From: Calditrichales bacterium
Lineage (GTDB): Bacteria; Calditrichota; Calditrichia; Calditrichales; J004
Assembly (NCBI GenBank): GCA_965267575.1
Contig: OZ254086.1
Location: forward strand, 224,001-288,000
Direction: 5' to 3'
DNA length: 64,000 nt
Under the pieces are notes generated by a model. The model was not told the origin of the DNA. It ran no database searches and worked only from the letters and a program-made list of their open reading frames with translations. Positions within the stretch are counted from its first letter, which is position 1. Every line of letters starts with the position of its first letter. Positions 10,538-20,870 of this stretch are shown here, in pieces. The translations under genes and the position numbers were made by a program.

Positions 10538-12289
10538 TTAAAAGCGATTCACAATTCCAAAGTGTATTTTGGCTTGCGAGAAGCTGTCTCCCTCACCCAG
10601 GCCAAAGTCCACGCCAAGCACGCCCAGGCCGGTATCAAGGCGCAGACCTATCCCGTAGCCGGGCTTGATTTCCTCAATGGTTTCAGTGGCCGTGGGGAAG
10701 CGCCAGGCGCCCCAATCGTTAAAGACAAAAAGCCGTGAATTGCGGCCCAGTAGAAAACGGTATTCCAGGTTTATCCAGGCGGCGATGTCCCCGCGGAACT
10801 GGTTTTCACGATAACCGCGCAGGGTACGCGCGCCGCCAAACCAGAAAAAATCGGTAAGTTGCAGACGTTCTCCACGGATGCTGTTGCCTGTAAAATGAAA
10901 CGCCAGCACCTGGTTGCGGAACAGTTCGTAATACCAGCGGAATTGCAGGCGGATGGTTTCCACCGTTTCCGATTGCCTGACGCTGTCTTCGCGGAAAAGG
11001 TAGGAGGGTCCGAAGTTTTCTTTAAAACCGCTGCTATAGGTAGTGTGGTAAAAGACGCCCGCGCGCGGATTCAACAGATAGTCGCGTGTGTCATATTCAA
11101 TGCCCACTTCGATATTGTTCTGGGCGTAACGCAGCAACCGCAAATCGCGGCTGGCGACGGAATCCGGCAAAACCACCAGGCGTGAGAATCCGGCCAGGAA
11201 GCTGAGATTTTCACTGTAACGATAGCGGCCGTTGACGGCGCTGCGCCACTCCAGGTAGGTGCTGTCGCGTAAGGTGCGCTGCAAACCAAACTGCGTGTCC
11301 AGCGGGATGCCCCCTATCCAGGGCTCAGTATATTGCAGCGAGAAAAATTCGGAGAGGCGGTCGGTTTTTTCCCAATGCACATCAAAGGCACGGGCGGTAC
11401 CAAACAGGTTTTTAAAGGAAATATCAATCAGGCCGGTAAAAAAGCCGTCACCTTTAGCCTGCGGGCCGGTTTCGGGGATATAGCCGATCACACCGTCGAA
11501 TGTGGTGGCGTTGCCCTCCTCCACCTGCAGCAGCAAAATATGCCGGCCCTGCGGGTCAAGCTGCAGCTGCGGCGCTTTGACATCCCTGAAAATATTCAAG
11601 CGCTCCAGGCGGCGCGGCACGGACTCCACACGACGCCGGTTAAAGCGCGCGCCTTCGGAAAAAGGCAGCTCACGCAGGATTACATTCTCGCGGGTGTAGC
11701 TGTTGCCGCGCACCTCGATGCGGTCAATGGTCACCTGCTCTCCTTCACGGATGCGGATGAGCACATCAGCCAGCACGCCATCATCTTCGTGCAGTTGCGC
11801 GTTACCGATAAGTGCGCTGGCAAAAACATGCCCGGAATCAGCGGCCATCTTCAGCATCTGCTCCAGATCGCTTTCCAAGCGGCCGCGGTTGAACGGATCG
11901 AATCGACGGACGCTCAAAATTCTTTCATAGTTGGACGCGGCAATGCTGTCGCTAACAACCTTTACATCGCCAAAAAGCACATGCGCACCGAGACTGCCAT
12001 ACACAAAAATATCAGCACGCTGCGCCTCGTTTGGAGTGTGGATCAGACTGTCAATGCGTACAAAAAGATAGCCCTGTTCGTAAAGCAGGTTTTGCAGCTC
12101 CCGGCGTTGCTGCTCCAGCCGGCTGCTGTCCAGAAGGGCGTTTTCGCTGATGCCCATGTCATCAAGCGCCTCAACAACAACCTCCTCCTGCAAGGGCTCG
12201 TCCAGTTGGACACGCTCAATGCTGAGCTGGGCGTAAAGACGATCGCAAAACAAAAAAAATAAAAGGGAGGTGATGAACAGAAACTTCAT
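10538..12289 (-). CDS. BamA/TamA (Omp85) family outer membrane protein with POTRA domains
   Basis: Signal peptide, IEVRGNSYTRENVILREL POTRA motif, GGARTLRGY, C-terminal Phe. Confidence 0.9.
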   Translation of the reverse strand: MKFLFITSLLFFLFCDRLYAQLSIERVQLDEPLQEEVVVEALDDMGISENALLDSSRLEQQRRELQNLLYEQGYLFVRIDSLIHTPNEAQRADIFVYGSLGAHVLFGDVKVVSDSIAASNYERILSVRRFDPFNRGRLESDLEQMLKMAADSGHVFASALIGNAQLHEDDGVLADVLIRIREGEQVTIDRIEVRGNSYTRENVILRELPFSEGARFNRRRVESVPRRLERLNIFRDVKAPQLQLDPQGRHILLLQVEEGNATTFDGVIGYIPETGPQAKGDGFFTGLIDISFKNLFGTARAFDVHWEKTDRLSEFFSLQYTEPWIGGIPLDTQFGLQRTLRDSTYLEWRSAVNGRYRYSENLSFLAGFSRLVVLPDSVASRDLRLLRYAQNNIEVGIEYDTRDYLLNPRAGVFYHTTYSSGFKENFGPSYLFREDSVRQSETVETIRLQFRWYYELFRNQVLAFHFTGNSIRGERLQLTDFFWFGGARTLRGYRENQFRGDIAAWINLEYRFLLGRNSRLFVFNDWGAWRFPTATETIEEIKPGYGIGLRLDTGLGVLGVDFGLGEGDSFSQAKIHFGIVNRF

Positions 12290-12301
12290 GATCGGGATTT
12301 T

Positions 12302-13048
12302 CTACGATCGCCGGAAGGCCGGGTAAACGGCGTCGTATTGCTCGGCGGAGATGTATTTGTATTGTTTCAGCTTGCCCAGAATCCAGCGCGATTTCCACTT
12401 GAGCCAGCGGCTGTCCCCGTTGGCGCGGATGCTGAGCGGGCGCGGGATAACTGCGGTAAGCCGGATGATTTCCTCCAGGTTCAGGTCGTCCACGTTTTTG
12501 CCAAAATAATAGAGCGACGCCGCCTGCACGCCGTAAACGCCGGGTCCGAATTCAATCACATTCAGGTAAATATGAAAAATGCGCGCCTTGGAAAGATGCT
12601 TCTCCAGCTGCATGGTTATCAGCAATTCCTTCAGCTTGCGCCATAAGGATTTTTCCGTTGACAGATAGAGGTTTTTAGCGAGTTGCTGCGTTATGGTGCT
12701 TGCCCCGCGCACAAATCCGCCTTCTTCCCAGTTGGCCTTTATCGATTCCTGAAGCTCATGCCAGTCCAGACCCTCGTGGTCAAAAAAGGACGCGTCCTCG
12801 GTGATGCGCACGGCCTTTTTCATCAGATCAGGAATGCGGTTGTAAGTGACCCAGGTCTGGCGCACGCGCAGTCTCTGGCCTTTCTCCGTGGCTTCGGCTT
12901 TGCGTTGCTCGATGAGCGATGTGGTTTGCGGGTTACTGTTTGCCAGCGGCTCCACATCCGGCAGCGTGGCATAGAGATAAAGCGCCACAAACAGGGGTAA
13001 AAGAAGCAAGGCAACCAGAATGTACTGCCATTTAAGATACTGTTTCAT
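12302..13048 (-). CDS. mtgA: Monofunctional peptidoglycan transglycosylase (GT51)
   Basis: EDASFFDHEG, GASTITQQLAKNL, RKLKE and YLNVIEFG motifs. Confidence 0.92.
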   Translation of the reverse strand: MKQYLKWQYILVALLLLPLFVALYLYATLPDVEPLANSNPQTTSLIEQRKAEATEKGQRLRVRQTWVTYNRIPDLMKKAVRITEDASFFDHEGLDWHELQESIKANWEEGGFVRGASTITQQLAKNLYLSTEKSLWRKLKELLITMQLEKHLSKARIFHIYLNVIEFGPGVYGVQAASLYYFGKNVDDLNLEEIIRLTAVIPRPLSIRANGDSRWLKWKSRWILGKLKQYKYISAEQYDAVYPAFRRS

Positions 13049-13053
13049 TGAAG

Positions 13054-13165
13054 ACTGAATTGGTGAATTATTGAATTAATGGATTGGTGAATTTAGGCCT
13101 TTAAGTTTCTATTGCCACTGTCCTACAACCTGAACACTTGAACACCCGGACACTTCAATACACGC
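13054..13165. repeat. Two degenerate octamer arrays (nnTGAATT x5 at 13054-13093; ACnTGAAC-like at 13128-13165)
   Basis: Read directly in the intergenic region. Confidence 0.7.
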
Positions 13166-13166
13166 A

Positions 13167-14138
13167 CTACAGATACTCCACAAATTCCGGCCAGAACGGC
13201 AGCAAGCCGAAAATACCGCCGGTATGGATAAACGCTGCATCGGGACCACGAAGCTGCCGGCGCTGAACCAGGTCTTCAAACCCCAGAAAGGCTTTGGCCG
13301 AATAGACCGGGTCGAGCACGAGGCCGCTTTGGCGGGCAATCTTTAAAATGGCCTTTTGCTGATTGCCATCCACCTGCGCGTAGCCTTTTCCCACAAAACC
13401 GTCATGCACTTTGATATCGCTTTTGTTCCATGAAATATTTTTCCCGTAGCGATCGCGAAAATCCGTCAAAATGGTGTCGATTTTATCCACGAACGTTTGC
13501 GCGTCATCGGACACATTCACGGAAACTATATCCACATCCGCGTCGAGCAGCAACTTACCGATCAGCAGCCCGGCGTGGGTGCCCCCGCTGCCACTGGCCA
13601 CAACGATCGATTTGAGCTGCGGCTTCTGGCGCATCAGCTCATCAAAGCAACGCGCGTAACCCCAGGCCCCTACGGCGTTGGAACCGCCCTCCGGAATCAC
13701 GTAGACCGTCCCGGCATAGTTGGAGGCATGGGTCAGCATCAGGTCATCCACCTGTTTGTACTGCTCCGGTGTAATAAAAATAATATCGCAACCGCTAAGA
13801 CGATCGAGAAAATAGTTGCCGTGCAGTTCATCGGGTTCCGTGCCGCGCAGAACCAGTGTGCATTTGAGGCCCAGACGCAGGGCTGCAAAAGCCGTGGCCC
13901 GGCAATGGTTGGATTGCAATCCTCCACAGGTCATTACACGGTTGGCGCCGCGGTCCAGGGCATCCTGCAGCAAAAAATCGAGCTTGCGGATTTTGTTGCC
14001 GCTTAGTTCCATGCCGGTCAGGTCATCGCGCTTTACCCACAGGTTATAGCCGTTATCCTTTTCCAGCCCAAGCGGTTCAAGCGGTGTTGGCAGATGGCTG
14101 AGCGATACGTGGGGCGGCAGGTGCATTTGCTTGTTCAT
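13167..14138 (-). CDS. D-cysteine desulfhydrase / ACC deaminase family PLP enzyme
   Basis: KRDDLTG, SGNKIRKL, QSNHCRATA, SGSGGTHAG, DPVYSAKA, HTGG; start is ATG 14138 or GTG 14150. Confidence 0.88.
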   Translation of the reverse strand: MNKQMHLPPHVSLSHLPTPLEPLGLEKDNGYNLWVKRDDLTGMELSGNKIRKLDFLLQDALDRGANRVMTCGGLQSNHCRATAFAALRLGLKCTLVLRGTEPDELHGNYFLDRLSGCDIIFITPEQYKQVDDLMLTHASNYAGTVYVIPEGGSNAVGAWGYARCFDELMRQKPQLKSIVVASGSGGTHAGLLIGKLLLDADVDIVSVNVSDDAQTFVDKIDTILTDFRDRYGKNISWNKSDIKVHDGFVGKGYAQVDGNQQKAILKIARQSGLVLDPVYSAKAFLGFEDLVQRRQLRGPDAAFIHTGGIFGLLPFWPEFVEYL

Positions 14139-14192
14139 GATATCTTTCACAGTGAATGTTTAATGTATATGTTAAGATAATTGTTCTGATAT

Positions 14193-16769
14193 GTGGAAAT
14201 ATATCTCTTCCGTACGATAATGCGAAACAGGTTTCAAAACCGGAAAGCAGATTTATTGAAAGAAACATACCAGCCCGAACGAGACAAAACAACCCGGGAA
14301 AAAACGCCGAATACCTCCGTCGCTCTTGAAGTACATTTCCCCAACAGCAGCGATAAGGGTTTACTGCGTCATGTTTTTGATTTTGCCAAAGGCTGCGGCC
14401 TTAGCCGGATTTACTGTGCCTTTCCGGCCCATGCCGGCGAAGATCCTCCCAACCTGCCCGATGTAAGCAAAAGCGGACAGCAAGCTTTTTTTATGCACAC
14501 GCCATTGCTGCAGGCCGCTATGCTCAAGGAAGTGCATCAGTTTCCGCAGATTTTTCAACCGTTGCTTTTTTGCCGCAAAAACTATTTTAAAAAGCACCGC
14601 TCATGGGGCCTGCCTGTTTTTCATTTTATTGATGACCAGCCGGAAATATACACCGTGGAGGCGCGCAAACGCCCGGCCCTTTTACGTTTGGATAATCCCG
14701 AGGATGTATGTGCCGTTTACATGTTCAAACGCGGTTCCGGCGCTCTGCAGTCGGACAATCTGATCCACGGGCTGGACCGGGAGAGCGGCGCGCTGGAAAT
14801 ACAGCCGCTGGACGAAACCGCGGAGATCGTGGTTATCCGTCGCTGCTACCTTTTTTACAAAAACGGGCTTTCCTACCGGCTCAACCTGCACGATGACTTT
14901 ATTCTTAAGAGGCACCGCCCCATTTTGCCCGAGGAAGGCAGCGGCTACCATGGCGCGCTGATCAATGCCGATGCGCTGTTTGGCAGCAGCAGCCTGGTTT
15001 CCGCCGGCCCCGAGATCACGCGTATTTATTCACACCTGTCGCCGCATCATTTCCGGCACGACCTGGCGTTGTTCTGGCTGCGCTTTGGCAATAAAACCGG
15101 TGTCACCAACCCGGCGCTGGTACGGATGATCAATCATTATATCAGCGGCGTTTTCTGGCCCAAGACCAAGCTCATTGCCAAAGAGGTGCGCCTGCAGGCC
15201 GATGTGCTGAACCCTTACTTTATAAACAATCTGGCCGCGCTTTACTGTGACTACCGCGTGGATGAAGACCGTTTTTTGCACGACCGCTCCTACTACCTGC
15301 GCGCCCTGGTCAACCTGAAACGGTCAGCCACATACCGGGCGTCCAAAGATGTGTTTAAGACAAGTGTCATTTGCGATTATTTTTTGTGTGACAAGTTCGG
15401 CTTTCATGAAAAAAGGGAGATTGTTTCGGCACTGGCGGCAGCGGGAGCGGGCAATTTTGTTTTTCCCCTGCATGTGCCCCCTTCATCCACGCCGACACTG
15501 ATACACGAGCTGCTGCGTGATGGAGAGCAGCAGTTGCTTTACCGTAAATGGGCCGAGACGATCCAAAAGCTGACCTCTTTCCTGAATGACGGCACAAACG
15601 GCACGGAAATCGCCATTCTCTATCCCGGGCTGGATGCCGATGATGATACCTTTTTACAGGCTTTGAATACCCTCGACGCAGCGGGCTATGACCCGGATGT
15701 GCTGGACTTTGAGTCTTTTCTGGATAAAGAGTGTCGCATAGAGGACAAGCGCCTTGTCTTTAAAGGGCGGCGATACGCCCTGCTGATACTGGCAGGCATC
15801 AAGCTGGTAACGATTGACGTGATGCGTAAGGTGGAACGTTTTCTTGCGTCCGGCGGTTGCGTGGCCGGGCTAAAAAACCTGCCGGTAAAATGCGCCGATG
15901 AAGCCAACAACAGCATTCTCAAGCGTATTCTCAAAGAGGGTTGGGTAACCACCTCGCGGCTGAACGCGACCACCTTCCGCGCCCATCCCGGGGGCGGCCT
16001 GGCCTATTTCCAATCGGACGCGCGCCAGATCATTGATATATTGGGTGAAATCGATGAGCGTTTTGTGCATTCCGTGGCACCACCGGCGAAGGGTGTTAAA
16101 ACCATCACCCGGATTGCGGGCGATACACGCTATGTTTTTCTCTTTAACAACACAACCACAACCTATGAGCGCCTTCCGGTGAGCTATCCCGTCGAAAGCC
16201 TTGTTTCCGTTTACAGCGATAACCAGCACCATTTTGAGCCGCTGTATGAAAAGGCCGTGACGCTAAAGCCGCTGCAATCGGTTTTGCTGAAGGTTGAAGA
16301 AAAACAACAGCAACTGCAGGCGCCCGGCCGGCAATGGATAAAATACCGCGATGTAGAAATTGAAAGCAGCGACTGGCACCTGGATGACGGCGAGCTGGAA
16401 TACCGTATCTCACTGGGTGACCGCAGCCGAACAACGCCTTTTAACTGGCGGCGACAGATCTATACCAAAATGGTGGTGCTGCCGGAAAAGCCCGGCGAAG
16501 ATGTGCGCATCCTGCTTAATCTGGGGGATTTACGCGACTGGTGCACGCTGTACTGGAACAATCTGCCGGTGGAAACGCGCCTTTTTGAACCGTGGCTGTT
16601 TGATATTACGGGCCGTGTATTAAAAGGCAAAAACGTTCTGGCCGTGGAAATCGGCTACAGGCTGTCCAATTATTACGCCGGGGTGAATGGTACGACGGAG
16701 CGGCTGCATCCCGTTGTGGCCTATGGCCTGCTGGGACCGGTAAAGATCGAGATGTACAGTCCGGCATAG
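14193..16769 (+). CDS. Large glycoside-hydrolase-like protein (GH106/GH2-type C-terminal domains); start uncertain
   Basis: C-terminal LNLGDLRD...FDITG...GKNVLAVE...GLLGPVKI and central EIAILYP...GYDPD...FLASGG segments resemble alpha-L-rhamnosidase-type proteins; N-terminal half unrecognised. Confidence 0.55.
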   Translation: MEIYLFRTIMRNRFQNRKADLLKETYQPERDKTTREKTPNTSVALEVHFPNSSDKGLLRHVFDFAKGCGLSRIYCAFPAHAGEDPPNLPDVSKSGQQAFFMHTPLLQAAMLKEVHQFPQIFQPLLFCRKNYFKKHRSWGLPVFHFIDDQPEIYTVEARKRPALLRLDNPEDVCAVYMFKRGSGALQSDNLIHGLDRESGALEIQPLDETAEIVVIRRCYLFYKNGLSYRLNLHDDFILKRHRPILPEEGSGYHGALINADALFGSSSLVSAGPEITRIYSHLSPHHFRHDLALFWLRFGNKTGVTNPALVRMINHYISGVFWPKTKLIAKEVRLQADVLNPYFINNLAALYCDYRVDEDRFLHDRSYYLRALVNLKRSATYRASKDVFKTSVICDYFLCDKFGFHEKREIVSALAAAGAGNFVFPLHVPPSSTPTLIHELLRDGEQQLLYRKWAETIQKLTSFLNDGTNGTEIAILYPGLDADDDTFLQALNTLDAAGYDPDVLDFESFLDKECRIEDKRLVFKGRRYALLILAGIKLVTIDVMRKVERFLASGGCVAGLKNLPVKCADEANNSILKRILKEGWVTTSRLNATTFRAHPGGGLAYFQSDARQIIDILGEIDERFVHSVAPPAKGVKTITRIAGDTRYVFLFNNTTTTYERLPVSYPVESLVSVYSDNQHHFEPLYEKAVTLKPLQSVLLKVEEKQQQLQAPGRQWIKYRDVEIESSDWHLDDGELEYRISLGDRSRTTPFNWRRQIYTKMVVLPEKPGEDVRILLNLGDLRDWCTLYWNNLPVETRLFEPWLFDITGRVLKGKNVLAVEIGYRLSNYYAGVNGTTERLHPVVAYGLLGPVKIEMYSPA

Positions 16770-16772
16770 AAC

Positions 16773-16852
16773 CCGGAAAATTCCAAAAAACAAAATTCAA
16801 ATCTCAAATAACGGCGGTTTGTTTTTTGGAGTTTGATATTTGTTTTTTCCGG
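16773..16852. repeat. Inverted pair of heptamer arrays (nnnCAAA / TTTGnnn) between convergent genes
   Basis: CCGGAAAA-ttccaaa-aaacaaa-attcaaa-tctcaaa ... tttgttt-tttggag-tttgata-tttgttt-TTTCCGG. Confidence 0.65.
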
Positions 16853-16862
16853 CTTGTCCGGC

Positions 16863-17306
16863 TCAGGGTTTGGCGCCCTCAGCGATCCATTGTTTGATGC
16901 CGTTGATCTGGTTTTGGGTAAGCGGTTCGCGGCCCATGGAAAGCGGCGGCATGCGTTCAATGCCGGCATAATTTTCGGTAACAATCTGGTAAAGCACGGA
17001 CAATTCGGGCGCCTCGCGATCCACCAGCGGGCGGACGAGGGGCAGACCGGTGATGGAAACGGTGTAATTTATAAAAGCATCGCGGTCAGTGAAGTTGATA
17101 TAGAGTTCGGAATTGTCCGGGGCGTGGCACTGCGAGCCAAAGCCGCATTTGCCGTTGAACATGGGTTGCAGGTCATCATAATAGCTTAAATTTTTATCCG
17201 GCAGAACGTATTCGCGCTGATCCGGCGCTGTACCGCTGTCGCCGCAGTAGATAAGCAGAAACAGCAAGGTGAGAATAAAAGTGCCTTTTAACAGGGTATG
17301 TTTCAA
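16863..17306 (-). CDS. Lipoprotein with cytochrome c-like domain
   Basis: TTG start after AGGAG; lipobox-like LIYC; CGFGSQCH, RMPP and LTQNQINGIKQWIAEGA resemble planctomycete-type cytochrome c domains. Confidence 0.65.
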   Translation of the reverse strand: MKHTLLKGTFILTLLFLLIYCGDSGTAPDQREYVLPDKNLSYYDDLQPMFNGKCGFGSQCHAPDNSELYINFTDRDAFINYTVSITGLPLVRPLVDREAPELSVLYQIVTENYAGIERMPPLSMGREPLTQNQINGIKQWIAEGAKP

Positions 17307-17449
17307 AATAAGACTCCTTAAAACTAACAAAAGCCAGTTAAAACACCGACAAAAGCTACTGTGCTTTTTGTTTAACATCAATTTTCCGTGGTTGTTTTAA
17401 AACATAATTTTAGTTAAAGTTGAAATTTACAAGTGTCCGGCATAGGGAT

Positions 17450-18973
17450 ATGAACCAACCCAAGCACAATAAAGTTCTGATAGTGGAAGATCATCGCGAT
17501 ATGCTGATGGTTTTGCGCAAATATCTGGAAGATCAGGAGTTCACCGTTTTTGAAGCAGAAAGCGGTGAAAAGGGCATTGAGCTTTACCAAAAACATCTGC
17601 CCGATCTGGTTTTGCTGGACATTATGCTGCCCGGCATATCCGGCCTGGATGTGCTGAACCAGATAAAAAACCACAAGAGAAACAACGGTTACATCCCTGT
17701 TATCATCATCACCGCCAAAAACGACATCAGCGACATCGTGCGCGGTTTAAGCACCGGTGCCGATGATTATATCACCAAGCCTTTTCATTTTGACGAACTG
17801 ATCGCGCGCATCAAATCGGCTCTGCGCCTGAAGGAATTGAACGAAATGCTGGTTGATCAGTCACGCCGGCTGGAAGGGGCCAATAACGAGATCAAGGGGC
17901 TTAACAGCGCGCTGCTGAAAAAAAACCGCGAACTGCGCAAAAATATTTACGGCCTGCATTCGCTTTTTGAAGTCTCAATGGACCTCAGTTCTATCCTCGA
18001 GCTGGACAATCTGATCAACTCGGCTTTGCTGACTATCATCGGGCAATATTCCTGCAAGAACGCGCTCTTTTTGCTGCGCGATGAACGGGAGCAGGACCGT
18101 CTGCATGTTTTCGGCCACAAGGGTTTCGGTGAAGAGATTGTTGAAAAAATCGCCCTGCCGGCGGACGATCCGATGGTCAGCTTCTTTTTAACGCACCCGG
18201 CGCCGATACACCTGCCGGATCTGGAAAAGCAAATTGTAACCACCCAGGCCTTTACGGATCTGCAAAACAATGAAATCGAGCTGGTGATGCCGGTCATCAG
18301 CAGCCAAAAAGTGAATGGCGTTTTATGTTTCGGCCCGCGGGTAAAAAAGGGACAATACGAGGAACGCGAGCTGCAGCAGATCACCATTCTTGGCAATATT
18401 ATTTCCATTGCCGTGAACAACGCGCTGCTTTATGAAGAGGTGGAACAGCTTTCTTACACCGACGGCATGACTGATCTGCACAATTACCGCTACTTCGAGC
18501 TGCGTCTCAAGGAAGAAGTGATGCGCCATAACCGGACGCGCGCCGGGCTCTCGCTGCTGATCCTCGATGTGGACCATTTTAAAAATTTTAACGACACCTT
18601 GGGTCACCAGGCCGGCGACCGCGTGCTGCGCAAACTGGCCGGCATCCTCAAGGAAACAGTGCGCGAAAACGATATCGTGGCCCGTTACGGCGGCGAAGAG
18701 TTTGCCGTGATTTTACCGGCCGTGGACCGCGCCGGGGCCAAGATACTGGCCGAGCGGATACGCCAGCGCGTGGAAGAAAGCTTCTTTGAAGGCGAGCATG
18801 TGCAGCCTTTGGGCAAAGTGACCGTAAGCGTCGGCGAAGCCAATCTGCCGCATGACTCAGACAACTTTATGGACCTGATACGCAAAGCCGACACGGCGCT
18901 CTATGCCGCCAAGAAAAACGGCCGCAACCAGGTTAAAACATTCAGCCCGGATGTGACGGGCCAAAAACAATGA
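17450..18973 (+). CDS. Diguanylate cyclase with receiver and GAF-like domains
   Basis: REC (DLVLLDIMLPG, GADDYITKPF), coiled coil, GAF-like region, DVDHFKNFND, RxxD I-site (REND) and GGEEF. Confidence 0.93.
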   Translation: MNQPKHNKVLIVEDHRDMLMVLRKYLEDQEFTVFEAESGEKGIELYQKHLPDLVLLDIMLPGISGLDVLNQIKNHKRNNGYIPVIIITAKNDISDIVRGLSTGADDYITKPFHFDELIARIKSALRLKELNEMLVDQSRRLEGANNEIKGLNSALLKKNRELRKNIYGLHSLFEVSMDLSSILELDNLINSALLTIIGQYSCKNALFLLRDEREQDRLHVFGHKGFGEEIVEKIALPADDPMVSFFLTHPAPIHLPDLEKQIVTTQAFTDLQNNEIELVMPVISSQKVNGVLCFGPRVKKGQYEERELQQITILGNIISIAVNNALLYEEVEQLSYTDGMTDLHNYRYFELRLKEEVMRHNRTRAGLSLLILDVDHFKNFNDTLGHQAGDRVLRKLAGILKETVRENDIVARYGGEEFAVILPAVDRAGAKILAERIRQRVEESFFEGEHVQPLGKVTVSVGEANLPHDSDNFMDLIRKADTALYAAKKNGRNQVKTFSPDVTGQKQ

Positions 18974-20088
18974 AAATTGGAATTACCTGTTATCCCACAT
19001 ATGGCGGAAGTGGCGTTGTAGCCACGGAACTGGGCAAGAAAATGGCCACACTGGGCCATGAGATTCACTTTATCTCCTACCAGCTTCCTTACCGCCTCAG
19101 TCGTTTTACACCCAACATCTATTTCCACGAAGTGGATGTGCTGCACTACCCGCTTTTTGAATATCCGCCCTACTCGCTTTCGCTGGCCTCAAAAATGGTC
19201 GAGGTGATCGACAACGCCAAGCTGGATATTCTGCATGTGCACTACGCCATCCCCCATGCCACCAGCGCTTTCCTGGCACGGGAGATGACCAACGGCAGCT
19301 TTAAATTTGTAACCACCCTGCACGGCACGGACATCACGCTGATCGGCTCGGATCCGTCCTATCTGAATATTGTGAAATTTTCCATCGATAAGAGCGACGG
19401 CGTAACAGCGGTATCCGATTACCTGCGCCGCGAAACCTACGATACGTTCCATGTCAAAAACGACATTCGCGTAATTCCCAACTTTATACCGGACCAGTTT
19501 TTGGAAGTGGATGTGACCAGCAAGCGCGATTCCTGCCTGCGTGAAAAAGATGAGCTGATCATCACCCATATCTCCAATTTCCGCCCGCTCAAACGGGTGA
19601 TGGACCTCGTCTATGTTATGGAAAAGCTGGTCGATCGTTTTGATTTCAAGCTGTACATGGTGGGCGACGGGCCGGACCGTTACAAGATGGAACAGCTCTG
19701 CCGTGAACGCAATCTGTGCGACCGCATTATTTTCCTGGGCAAGCAGCAAAGTGTGGAAGAAGTGCTGGCCTGCAGCGACGTATTTGTCCTGCCCAGCGAA
19801 GAAGAGAGCTTTGGCCTGGCCGTACTGGAAGCGCTTGCCTGCGGCGTGCCTTGTGTAACCACCAACGCCGGCGGTCTGCCCGAGGTAAACGTGGACGGCG
19901 AAACCGGCTACACCGTGGACATCGGCGACATCGACGCTTTTGCCGACCGCATTGGCCGGCTGCTGGAAGACAAAGAGCTGCGCCTGAAAATGGGCATCAG
20001 CGCCCGTGATATCTCGCGCGCCCGTTTCCGCTCCGACAACGTGGTCCCCAAATACATTCAATACTATGAAGACGTTCTGAATTCGTGA
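18970..20088 (+). CDS. bshA: N-acetyl-alpha-D-glucosaminyl L-malate synthase BshA
   Basis: MKIGITCYPTYGGSGVVATELG, HVHYAIPHA, TTLHGTDIT, HISNFRPLKR, ESFGL. Confidence 0.95.
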   Translation: MKIGITCYPTYGGSGVVATELGKKMATLGHEIHFISYQLPYRLSRFTPNIYFHEVDVLHYPLFEYPPYSLSLASKMVEVIDNAKLDILHVHYAIPHATSAFLAREMTNGSFKFVTTLHGTDITLIGSDPSYLNIVKFSIDKSDGVTAVSDYLRRETYDTFHVKNDIRVIPNFIPDQFLEVDVTSKRDSCLREKDELIITHISNFRPLKRVMDLVYVMEKLVDRFDFKLYMVGDGPDRYKMEQLCRERNLCDRIIFLGKQQSVEEVLACSDVFVLPSEEESFGLAVLEALACGVPCVTTNAGGLPEVNVDGETGYTVDIGDIDAFADRIGRLLEDKELRLKMGISARDISRARFRSDNVVPKYIQYYEDVLNS

Positions 20089-20816
20089 AGACTCCAACGA
20101 TCATCTCCCACCGCGGCAGGGGAGATCACTCCCTTCCCGAAAATACAATCGAAGCGTGCGAAGAAGCGCTGAAACAAGGTGCCGAAGCACTGGAAGTGGA
20201 TGTGCGCTTTTGCGGCAGCGGCGAACTGGTGGTATTTCACGATCTTTATTTGAAACGGCTTACCGGCAAAAGCGGTCGCATCTGGGCCACCACACTGGGA
20301 GAACTGAAGCGCCGGCCGCTGGTACAGTCGCCGCAGGACAAGCCGCTGTACATCCCCACTCTGGCGGAATTTATCGATCACTTCAAGGGCACCGTGCCCA
20401 TCAACCTGGATGCCAAGGTATTTACGCCGCTGGCCGGGCAATTTGCCAAGTACCTGGTGCGGGCCATCAAAGCCTCCGGCTACCGCGAGCAGTTCTGGGT
20501 CTCTTCTTTTAACCCCATTTTTCTGCGCACCGTAAAAGTGTGCGGCATGGACATAAAAACCGGCTACCTTTTTCAGCATTTCAACAAGTTGCGGCATTGG
20601 ACGGAATCTTTGTGGTACACGGAATACTGGCACCCGCACGTGGATATGGTGGATGATAAATTTCTGCAGCTCGCCGAAAGGGAAGACAAACCGCTTTACG
20701 TGTGGACGGTGAACGACGAAACGAATGTCCGCCGTCTTATAAACGAGCCGATGGTTGCCGGTATTATTTCCGATGTACCGCAACACGTACATACAATTAT
20801 CAACAGGCATTCCTGA
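20085..20816 (+). CDS. Glycerophosphodiester phosphodiesterase
   Basis: SHRG, PENT, EVDV, VVFHD and VWTVN motifs. Confidence 0.88.
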   Translation: MKTPTIISHRGRGDHSLPENTIEACEEALKQGAEALEVDVRFCGSGELVVFHDLYLKRLTGKSGRIWATTLGELKRRPLVQSPQDKPLYIPTLAEFIDHFKGTVPINLDAKVFTPLAGQFAKYLVRAIKASGYREQFWVSSFNPIFLRTVKVCGMDIKTGYLFQHFNKLRHWTESLWYTEYWHPHVDMVDDKFLQLAEREDKPLYVWTVNDETNVRRLINEPMVAGIISDVPQHVHTIINRHS

Positions 20817-20870
20817 TTGCATTTTTGTCAAATCAAAGCTGATTGCCTATAATGGGGCAGGAGTTGAGCT

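Noticed and set aside
10124-10738. 204 aa + strand ORF
   Set aside because: Runs antisense through the tRNA and across tandem repeats; low complexity; likely spurious
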